The position numbers and the translations under genes are program-made. From assembly GCA_963664395.2 (NCBI GenBank), contig CAXXIS010000012.1, forward strand, positions 1 through 15,774: a stretch of 15,774 nt of DNA, written 5' to 3'. Positions 1 through 7,432 of the stretch are shown here, piece by piece. A model generated the notes under the pieces. That model worked only from the letters and a program-made list of their open reading frames with translations. It did no database searches and was not told the origin of the DNA. Within the stretch, counting starts at the first letter, position 1. Every line of letters begins with the position of its first letter. Source of the DNA: Candidatus Binatia bacterium. GTDB taxonomy: Bacteria > Desulfobacterota > Binatia > Bin18.

Positions 1-1257
1 GGCATTCAGGACGGTCGGGCCACGCACTACCATCCCGACGACCAGGATTTGCGCATTCTTGGGCTGCCCATCTTACTCGATTTATTGGACCAGTACGGGG
101 TCCGGCCCGAAGATATCCAGATTAAAGTTGCCAACGCGCTCCACCGCATGTGGACCCGCAAGGAGATGACCCACATCCTTGGTCCGAGATTGCCCTATAC
201 CTTAGGCGGACGCCTGGCGTGTATCGATGCGACCGACCCGAATCAGTTTGTCAATCTGGGTATGACCCGGCGGGGCATGGAAGTCATGGTCCACCGCTCG
301 GTCGTTGAGTCTGACCTGTTCATCTTCATGTCCGTGCCGGGCGGATTCTTCCAGGGCGGCTGGAAGTCCATTCTGGTGGGGATGAGTAATTGGGAATCCA
401 TCCGCTATCATCACCGTCCCTGGCCGTTTGCCTCGGGTCACTCGGTCCAGGACCCCAAAAACAGTTCCTTCCACAAGCTGCTGAATGAAATGGGGACCCT
501 GGTAGAAGCCGAGCTGGCGCGGCGCGGCCACCCGCCCGTCATGAAAATAGAGGGCGTCCTGACCACGAGTACGCCCCAGCAGTTTGCGGCCATTGACGCC
601 GGGCTGCTCACTCCGGTGCGGGAGATGCACATTGATATGCTGCTCTCGCAGCTCGTCACTGATGTTGAAGGGCAGACGGATGTACTGTTGATGGGGATGG
701 CTGATGGGGACGGCTACTCGCGCCTGTCGGTGTTTAATCCCATTCACTGTCGCAACAAGGCTTTATCCGGGTTGTTCAACGCCTATCACGAGAATCCCCT
801 GGTCCGAAAAGGCGGGATACTCATCGCCGCCAATCCCTTCGACCCCAAGTTCAGTTTGCTCAACCACCCCTCATATCACACGCTCTACCACGAGGTGTTA
901 CCGGCCATCCAAGACCCGCTGGAGGTGTGGGATACCTACTCCGAAGAGTATGCTCACCGCCCGGAGTTTGTCCACAAGTATCGCCACGGCTTTGCCTTTC
1001 ACGGGGCGCACCCGTGCATTCTGTATGGACAGGGCTTGTATGCGCTCAAGCATCTGGGTGGCGTCCTGGCTGCCGGCGTGCCGAAAGAAAACGAGGCGGT
1101 CGCGCGACGGATGGGCTTCGAGCCGTTCCCCACGATTGACGCCGCGCTCAGCGAGGCCGAGGCACGTCTCGGCAAAGACTGCACCATTACCTATCACCAA
1201 CACCTGGAGGAAAACGGCTATTTCACGCGGGTGCATGTGAACGGTAATACCGCCTAG
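1..1257 (+). CDS. Lactate racemase (LarA)/DUF2088 family protein, 5'-partial
   Basis: Frame 1 is open from base 1 (GIQDGRATHYHPDDQDLRILG...) to TAG at 1255-1257, so the true start lies upstream of the window. Motifs ANALHR, GGWKSILVG, SIRYHH, LVRKGGILI, FAFHGAHP and C-terminal MGFEPFPTIDAAL match the LarA-like family. Confidence 0.8.
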   Translation, partial: GIQDGRATHYHPDDQDLRILGLPILLDLLDQYGVRPEDIQIKVANALHRMWTRKEMTHILGPRLPYTLGGRLACIDATDPNQFVNLGMTRRGMEVMVHRSVVESDLFIFMSVPGGFFQGGWKSILVGMSNWESIRYHHRPWPFASGHSVQDPKNSSFHKLLNEMGTLVEAELARRGHPPVMKIEGVLTTSTPQQFAAIDAGLLTPVREMHIDMLLSQLVTDVEGQTDVLLMGMADGDGYSRLSVFNPIHCRNKALSGLFNAYHENPLVRKGGILIAANPFDPKFSLLNHPSYHTLYHEVLPAIQDPLEVWDTYSEEYAHRPEFVHKYRHGFAFHGAHPCILYGQGLYALKHLGGVLAAGVPKENEAVARRMGFEPFPTIDAALSEAEARLGKDCTITYHQHLEENGYFTRVHVNGNTA

Positions 1258-1332
1258 TTCTGAAGCGTTTCCCCGACCTGGGATGTTCCGGTAGTTCCTG
1301 GGGTGTCGGTCGCTGAGTTGTTGCTTGACCGT

Positions 1333-1688
1333 TCAGTCTAACTCAATCCCGTACAGCTTTACGGCGTTTTCGTACACAATCTTTTGCGTGATATGGGCCG
1401 GAACAGTGGCAAAGTCTCTCTCAATCACTTTATGTGAATGAGGCCAGGTGGTGTCTGTATGTGGAAAATCGGACGCCCACATACAGTTATCCTCGCCAAA
1501 ACAGCGGCGTTTGAGGCACCGATCGGGTCGTCCTGAAAGGTTGCCCAGACCTGGCGGCGGACATACTCGCTTGGTTTCAGGGGGGAGTGGATGTTCCACC
1601 ATCACCCCAAATTTCTCATAGGTATGGTCCACAGGTCGGGCGGCTCTGTCATATGCGAATCAGCAGAAATAACGCGCAACGGCTCCAT
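1333..1688 (-). pseudogene. Amidohydrolase (Amidohydro_2) pseudogene with large internal deletion and two frameshifts
   Basis: ATG at 1688 with GGGGGAG upstream gives MEPLRVISADSHMTEPPDLWT (family N-terminus). It then switches frame into DHTYEKF...PL, switches again into LKPSEYVRRQVWATFQDDPIG, and returns to FGEDNCMWASDFPHTDTTWP...KIVYENAVKLYGIELD* (family C-terminus). Confidence 0.85.
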
Positions 1689-1706
1689 CTCTCCCCCCGT
1701 GTCTGG

Positions 1707-3770
1707 TCAGAATAATCCCGGATGAAAGGTGCCACCGGTATCTTCGGTCGTACACAGTGCGTTGGACACTGGGTCTCCGGTGTCCGCGCAGCATACGTCT
1801 GTCGGACCGCAGGTAAAGCCGTCAAACAAGATTTGGGCGGCTGCATCCTGGCCGAGAAACGATGGGTGGAAACAGTCACAGCACGAAATCTGTTCGCTCG
1901 TAAACTTATACACCCAAGAAGCGTTACTGAAGCTGAGGGAGGTTCCGGCTGCTTTGACTTTCCCCCCAACCGTCCCGCCGCCGACTATCTTCTCAGGAGA
2001 AGGGTCTCCCTCAGCTAAGGCGGCATACTCCGAGGAGACGCGCGCCATAATGTCACGATACGCCTTGGCTGTTTCATAGCCATCTTGCAAGCGCTGTTCG
2101 TCCGAGCAGTCTTTGGTGATAGACCCGCACAGGCCGGTCTCACGAAAACCGAGTGCGGCTGACCACAGGTTCCCACAGCTCCCACCAAGAAGAGAGCAGT
2201 TCATTTTGTCCACATGGTTGCACAATTGGGAGACCCGCACAGGCGCGGCAATACCGATTTTCAATTCCGGGACGGTAATCAAAACATCGAGCCCCTTGCG
2301 AAACTCACGTTCAAACGCTGCCTCCGTGGTGCGGCAGTGGTTCATCGGGTCCTGATCGTCCCCTTCTGCACAGTCGGCTTGAATACGCTCGATGGTGCCG
2401 CTGCAAATATCGTTATGGCCCATCTCGACCGTTACGTAGCGTGGAGCGGCCGGTGGCTGCATACCGAAAAGCGCCGCTGATTCCTGCGCCTGGGCGGTAA
2501 AATCCTTGAGCATCTCGGCACCGGATTCCGCGCTATTGGGGTCGGCATTCACAATCATAGCGCCCTGCCGGCATTCGATCCGTTCCGCCTGGCTATAGAC
2601 CCCATCTCCACCGTCGCCGCAAAACGCCCCGCCCTCGGTGATGCTGGTTGCCCAGTTGAAGCTCTCTTGGTCTCTATTTGTACAAGACCCTTGGGCATTC
2701 TCTCGGGCGTTCACTGCCTTGCTGATGCTGTCCCCGATGGCGTCGATGGAGGCAATCCGAGGCGCGAGATTATCGAGTCGCGCAATTGTGAAGTTCTGGA
2801 GAGACTGTTGCCAGGCGACAATGAGGTCCGTCCCCGTGTCGGGGAAATTTTCCAGCCGGGCGTGTTTGCCAACATCTTTCAGGAATTCTTCCCCGAAGGT
2901 CGAGACCCTGACCGTGGCGCTGCCGAACTCCACTCCGTCGGCCCGGGCACTGACCGTATGCTGGCCAGCGCCCAAGAGATTCCAGTTGAAGAGCAAGCCA
3001 AAGCCGTTATCGCTGTCATTACAGACACCCTCGGTGTCAGCGCGGCTGGTCCCATAGCCAGCCTGAAAGGTCCTCTCATTGTCGGTGCCGGGATTAAAGA
3101 CAACGTCAATCCGCTCGGCCTCACACACCCAGCCTGAAATGATTCCCACGCCACTTTGAACCGAGCCCGGCGGCGGGTTCTCCAATACGTGCGGGGGCAC
3201 ACCGCTGTAGCCAGCAGTACCGTCATCAGGGTCAGGGTAGGGCTCGGGCTCCCACGGCACCCCCCTGGTGGTCAAGGAACCTTGAATCACGAAGTTCTGA
3301 GTAGTCTCTTGCCAACCGAGGATGACCTCATTCCCATCGGCCGGAAAATCTTCAATGAAAAACTCCCTACTTGCTCCTCTCAAGAACTCCTCACCCAAGG
3401 TAGTGACCGTGAATGTGGCGCTGCCGAACTCCACCCCATCCGCCCGGGCGCTGACCGTATGTTGGCCGTCATCCAAGAGATTCCAGTTGAAGAGCAGCCC
3501 AAAGCCGTTGTTGATATCGTTACAATGACCCTGGGTATCCCCGCGATCGGTCCCATACGCGGCCTGGAAGATCGCCTCGTTTTCAGTGCCAGGATTAAAG
3601 ACAACATCTATCCGCTCGGCCTCACACACCCAGCCGGAAATCACCCCCACGCCGCTTTGAAACGAGCCCGGCTGCGGGTTCTCAAAAACCGACTGCGCCC
3701 AGAGTGATTGAGGGAAAGAGAGGCTCCCGATAAGGGTGACAAAGAGTGCAGCAATGAGTGTGACTTTCAT
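1707..3770 (-). CDS. Secreted protein: signal peptide, two tandem 134-aa repeat domains, Cys-rich SGNH/GDSL hydrolase domain
   Basis: Start taken at ATG 3770 (MKVTLIAALFVTLIGSLSFPQSLWAQ, Sec-like signal; GAGG upstream). SGNH blocks: GDSIS, NSAESGA, MGHNDIC, DCFHPS. The ORF track extends the frame to 3839. Confidence 0.85.
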   Translation of the reverse strand: MKVTLIAALFVTLIGSLSFPQSLWAQSVFENPQPGSFQSGVGVISGWVCEAERIDVVFNPGTENEAIFQAAYGTDRGDTQGHCNDINNGFGLLFNWNLLDDGQHTVSARADGVEFGSATFTVTTLGEEFLRGASREFFIEDFPADGNEVILGWQETTQNFVIQGSLTTRGVPWEPEPYPDPDDGTAGYSGVPPHVLENPPPGSVQSGVGIISGWVCEAERIDVVFNPGTDNERTFQAGYGTSRADTEGVCNDSDNGFGLLFNWNLLGAGQHTVSARADGVEFGSATVRVSTFGEEFLKDVGKHARLENFPDTGTDLIVAWQQSLQNFTIARLDNLAPRIASIDAIGDSISKAVNARENAQGSCTNRDQESFNWATSITEGGAFCGDGGDGVYSQAERIECRQGAMIVNADPNSAESGAEMLKDFTAQAQESAALFGMQPPAAPRYVTVEMGHNDICSGTIERIQADCAEGDDQDPMNHCRTTEAAFEREFRKGLDVLITVPELKIGIAAPVRVSQLCNHVDKMNCSLLGGSCGNLWSAALGFRETGLCGSITKDCSDEQRLQDGYETAKAYRDIMARVSSEYAALAEGDPSPEKIVGGGTVGGKVKAAGTSLSFSNASWVYKFTSEQISCCDCFHPSFLGQDAAAQILFDGFTCGPTDVCCADTGDPVSNALCTTEDTGGTFHPGLF
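2784..3185 (-). repeat. Intragenic domain repeat, copy 2 (LENPPPGSVQSGVG...WQQSLQNFTI)
   Basis: Shares ISGWVCEAERIDVVFNPGT, NGFGLLFNWNLL and GQHTVSARADGVEFGSAT with copy 1. Confidence 0.9.
3285..3686 (-). repeat. Intragenic domain repeat, copy 1 (FENPQPGSFQSGVG...WQETTQNFVI)
   Basis: 402 nt; aligns without gaps to 2784-3185 (offset 501 nt); 41 differences in 134 aa by hand count. Confidence 0.9.
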
Positions 3771-3889
3771 GACTATGCCTCGTAGCATTCCTCCGACAGG
3801 TTGACAAATCCTTGGCAGGAGTATCCCATAACTCGTCATAGTGAGAAAACCCCGTCAGCTTGACGGCCGTTTCACAAGAAGGAGAGAGA

Positions 3890-5602
3890 ATGCAGTACGA
3901 TCTGATTATTAAAAATGGAACCGTCATTGACGGCTCGGGCATGCCCCGGTTCCGCTCCGATGTGGGTATCGTGGATGGGAAAATCGCTTCGATTGGCCGC
4001 ATTCGCGACGGCGCGCAAGAGACGATCGACGCCGAGGGCCACGTCGTCACCCCCGGCTTTATTGATGGCCACACCCATATGGATGCCCAAGTCTCCTGGG
4101 ACCCGCTCGGAACGTGTTCCTGCTGGCACGGCATTACCAGCGTGGTGATGGGCAACTGCGGATTTTCGCTCGCGCCCTGTAAGGAGAGCGAAAAGGACAT
4201 GGTCATGCGCAACCTGGAGCGGGCCGAGGACATTGCGCCCGAGGCCATGAATGCCGGTATCAAATGGACCTGGGAGACTTTTCCTGAGTATCTGGATTCT
4301 GTTGAGCGTCTGCCCAAAGGCATTAATTATGCCGCCTATATGGGGCATTCCGCCCTGCGGACCCATGTGATGGGCGAGCGCGCCTTTACCGACCCGGCCA
4401 CTGAGCAGGATTTGGAACGCATGAAACAGGCAGTGCGTGAAGCGATTCAAGCCGGCGCGATGGGGTTCACCACCTCGCGCACCCGCAACCACCAGACTCC
4501 GCAGCGACAGCCGGTTGCCAGCCGGCTCGCCACCTGGGATGAGGTCCGGCAGTTGGTCGGCACCATGGGTGAAATGGGAGCCGGCATCTTTGAAATCGCC
4601 GGAGAAGACACCGGCCAGAACCCGGAGCGCATCCGTGAATACATGGATCGTCTCAAGGCTCTGGCGGTCGATACCGGAGTCCCGGTGACCTACGGCATGT
4701 TCAGTATGCGCCGTGCGCCGGACTGCTGGCAGCCCTATCTTGATTTAACCGAGGAAACCGCAGCCGCGGGTGGACGCATGTTCCTACAGGTGCACAGCCG
4801 CGCGCTGAATGCGGTCCTGTCCTTCCAGACTAATACGCCGTTCGACCGGCTGCCAACCTGGCGCGCGCTCAAGAAGATGGCGTCACTGGAAGAGAAGGAA
4901 GCAGCTCTGCGGAATCCCGACTACCGGCGCAAATTGGTTGAAGAGGCCCACACCCAAGAAGACGATGGCAACCGGGGAGTCGGTCCTGAAGCCCGGGCGG
5001 CGGATTTCAAGTGGTTGTTCTTAATGGACCAGCCCAATCCGCCCCACCGGTCCATCGAGGAAATTGCCACAGAGCGGAACCAGGACCCGATCGAGACCTT
5101 CATTGATCTGGCCCTGGAGAAAAACCTCAAGCAGTTCTTCCTGCAACCGCTGGCCAATGAGAACCAGGAGCATGTGTTGGAGATGATGAAGCACCCGCGT
5201 TCAGTGATCACGTTCTCTGACTCCGGTGCCCACGTTTCTCAGATTATGGACTCGTCCTTACAGACCCATGTGCTGAGTCATTGGGTCCGCGAGAAGCAAG
5301 AAATCACACTTGAAGCCGCGGTCCGGCAGCTCACCTTTGTGCCTGCTTCCCAGTGGGGGTTACATGGACGCGGCCTGCTGCGCGAGGGAATGACCGCGGA
5401 CATCGTGGTCTTCGACCCGGAAACGGTGGGTCCGATGATGCCGGAGCTGACGTATGATCTGCCCGCCGGCGCGCGGCGGCTCAAACAGAAAGCCGCGGGT
5501 TTTCTGGCTTCGGTCGTCAATGGCCAAGTGGTCCTGCGTGAAAACGAGCATACCGGCGCGCTACCCGGACAGTTGCTGCGCGGTCCGTTGGCGCAGCGGT
5601 AA
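3890..5602 (+). CDS. N-acyl-D-amino-acid deacylase (D-aminoacylase)-like amidohydrolase, copy 1
   Basis: ATG 3890 after AAGGAGAG; motifs YDLIIKNGTVIDGSG, PGFIDGHTH, GITSVVMGNCG, SDSGAH, RGLLREGMTADIVVFDP, VVNGQVV, TGALPGQLLR; 570 aa. Confidence 0.92.
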   Translation: MQYDLIIKNGTVIDGSGMPRFRSDVGIVDGKIASIGRIRDGAQETIDAEGHVVTPGFIDGHTHMDAQVSWDPLGTCSCWHGITSVVMGNCGFSLAPCKESEKDMVMRNLERAEDIAPEAMNAGIKWTWETFPEYLDSVERLPKGINYAAYMGHSALRTHVMGERAFTDPATEQDLERMKQAVREAIQAGAMGFTTSRTRNHQTPQRQPVASRLATWDEVRQLVGTMGEMGAGIFEIAGEDTGQNPERIREYMDRLKALAVDTGVPVTYGMFSMRRAPDCWQPYLDLTEETAAAGGRMFLQVHSRALNAVLSFQTNTPFDRLPTWRALKKMASLEEKEAALRNPDYRRKLVEEAHTQEDDGNRGVGPEARAADFKWLFLMDQPNPPHRSIEEIATERNQDPIETFIDLALEKNLKQFFLQPLANENQEHVLEMMKHPRSVITFSDSGAHVSQIMDSSLQTHVLSHWVREKQEITLEAAVRQLTFVPASQWGLHGRGLLREGMTADIVVFDPETVGPMMPELTYDLPAGARRLKQKAAGFLASVVNGQVVLRENEHTGALPGQLLRGPLAQR

Positions 5603-5627
5603 GCGCAAATTCTTTTTGACTGTAGAG

Positions 5628-5666
5628 AAGGGCGGATGCGAGAGATCGTATCCGCCCTTTTATTTT
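5628..5666 (+). terminator. Rho-independent terminator
   Basis: 14-bp stem AAGGGCGGATGCGA / TCGTATCCGCCCTT (one G-U), GAGA loop, followed by TTATTTT; begins 25 nt after the TAA of the amidohydrolase. Confidence 0.85.
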
Positions 5667-6379
5667 CACCCGAGCAGCGGGCTGCGCCCCTGGCCGCTAT
5701 AGAGCTGCGGGTCAAGCCCAACCGTCTCTCCGGCGCTCTGTCCGGCCGCATAGCCCTCAGGATCGACCTTCAGCGAGCGTGTGGTGCCGGACAGTCTGCG
5801 AAGGCGCGTCCCTTGGTCAGCCAGATAGGTGTAGACCTCGTCGCGATAGTTTTCCCGCACCGCAGGTAAAGTTGTCTCGACTGCGGCCGGCTCTCGTTCG
5901 GCGATCAACTCTTTGATCTTGGCAGTGATGGACTGGGCACAGCCATAGGCAAAGGAATCCAAGAAGCGCCGCCCTTTGCCGTAATGCTCCTTGCGTAAGC
6001 GCTGGACGGTTTGAATGAGATAGATCAGCATTTCTTTAGCGACAACGGTATTGTGAAATCGACCAATGATAAACGACCGGCCCACAGATAGGGTTGAACA
6101 ACAAAAATACAGTTTGCAGGTCGCGAGCCAGAGCAGCCTTTCCCACGGGGGCAGGCGGCTCGTTTTCCAGCCTTCGACCCGCATAGTGTGTTCGCTCTGT
6201 GGGCCTTGTGCCTCAACCTCTGTCAACGAGAGATTGTAGGTGGCCAGGATCTGATGAACTTTAGCGGCAGCCAGGGCAGCTTCGTGCTCGGTCGCGGCTT
6301 CATCACGGCTGAGTTGGAGTAGTTTTTGGATTTTACGGATGAGAGAATTCTGAGCAACGTGATCGATTGATGCAGCCAT
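5666..6379 (-). CDS. DUF2786 domain-containing protein
   Basis: N-terminal signature IRKIQKLLQLSRDEAATEHEAALAAAKVHQILATYNLS; later SFAYG and GYAAGQSAG segments typical of the family. Start ATG 6379 or GTG 6388. Confidence 0.85.
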   Translation of the reverse strand: MAASIDHVAQNSLIRKIQKLLQLSRDEAATEHEAALAAAKVHQILATYNLSLTEVEAQGPQSEHTMRVEGWKTSRLPPWERLLWLATCKLYFCCSTLSVGRSFIIGRFHNTVVAKEMLIYLIQTVQRLRKEHYGKGRRFLDSFAYGCAQSITAKIKELIAEREPAAVETTLPAVRENYRDEVYTYLADQGTRLRRLSGTTRSLKVDPEGYAAGQSAGETVGLDPQLYSGQGRSPLLG

Positions 6380-6431
6380 TACCCTCACCCTAATCTACCC
6401 TCTGAAAAAACACTAGGCCACCTTGTCGCTC

Positions 6432-7238
6432 TCAGTGCCGCTCTCGGTGCCCAAGCTGACCGCTACCCCAGCGGATGCCGCGTCTGAGCAATTCATAGTA
6501 CACCGGCGACTCCCACGCACAGCGCTCAACAGAGCAGACGGGCATAAGGGGCTGCATGTCATATTTACCGCGACAGTGCCCGAGCGTCAGGTACAGGACT
6601 TCACCCTGGCCGTACGGATGCAGATAGAGCTGCGGGCGCGGGTCGTCATTGCCCAGGTCTTCGCGTACATAGCCCTCCGATTTTGCGCTATAGCGCGACT
6701 CCAGCAGGGTATGAATTTCACCATAAAATTCGCAGTAATACGGCTCATCCGTCACCTCGAACGGTTCAATACCGTGGACGATTGGATGGCTGGGGTCGGC
6801 GACCGTGATGTGAATAGGCTGAATGGGTGGATGCGACACAAAATGGTTGCCCAGCATGTCAGACAACGCTGGTGCCTTCCGGGGCGTATCGACCTTGCCT
6901 GGAATCACAATGCCGTCGGTCTCCAGGCTTTCTCCGACAAACTCCAGCAGTGCACTCGTACCATGCAGGGCAAACCAGCGACCGCCACTGCTGAGAAACT
7001 GCTTGAGACCCTCCTGTTGCTCCAGTGTTGGGCACACATCGCAGGTATAGGTGATGAGGAGCGTGGACTGCTGAATGGCCTCATGATCCCGGTAATCTTC
7101 GGCGACCCGGACATACACGTCCTCGTGTTCGGCGAGGAGTTTGAGCAATTCAAGTCGAGCAAAGTTTGTGTCATGATATTTGGCATTACAAATGAGATAG
7201 ACATCGACGCGGGTATCCCCACTATTATTTTCTGCCAT
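6432..7238 (-). CDS. ThuA-like (trehalose utilisation, class I GATase-like fold) domain protein
   Basis: ATG 7238 with GAGGAG upstream; motifs GGRWFALHG, HPIVHGIEPFEVTDEPY, YGQGEVLYLTLGH, YELLRRGIRW. Confidence 0.85.
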   Translation of the reverse strand: MAENNSGDTRVDVYLICNAKYHDTNFARLELLKLLAEHEDVYVRVAEDYRDHEAIQQSTLLITYTCDVCPTLEQQEGLKQFLSSGGRWFALHGTSALLEFVGESLETDGIVIPGKVDTPRKAPALSDMLGNHFVSHPPIQPIHITVADPSHPIVHGIEPFEVTDEPYYCEFYGEIHTLLESRYSAKSEGYVREDLGNDDPRPQLYLHPYGQGEVLYLTLGHCRGKYDMQPLMPVCSVERCAWESPVYYELLRRGIRWGSGQLGHRERH

Positions 7239-7432
7239 AGCGCGCTCCTCTGGCTGGTATAGCCTCGGCCTCATTATCCAGTTCGCCGCATGGAAAGATA
7301 TCCCGGTATGCTTCGCCGGGGAAAGAGACCGCCCCCATACGTCTTTGCAGCACACACATCTTTGCACTTTGGCCTGGGAGTGCTATGCCGTAATTGTTGA
7401 AAAGTATCCGCGGCATTCCAAGGAGGGGAAAC

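Noticed and set aside
1258-1332. Weak stems (CCGAC/GTCGG, CGGTCG/TGACCG) and an attC-like GCTGAG word between convergent genes
   Set aside because: No RYYYAAC/GTTRRRY pair, no integrase, no U-tract; too weak to call.
3802-3832. Perfect TTGACA upstream of amidohydrolase copy 1, and nearby TTGGCA as a sigma54 site
   Set aside because: No convincing -10 at 16-18 nt and no TTGC at the -12 position.
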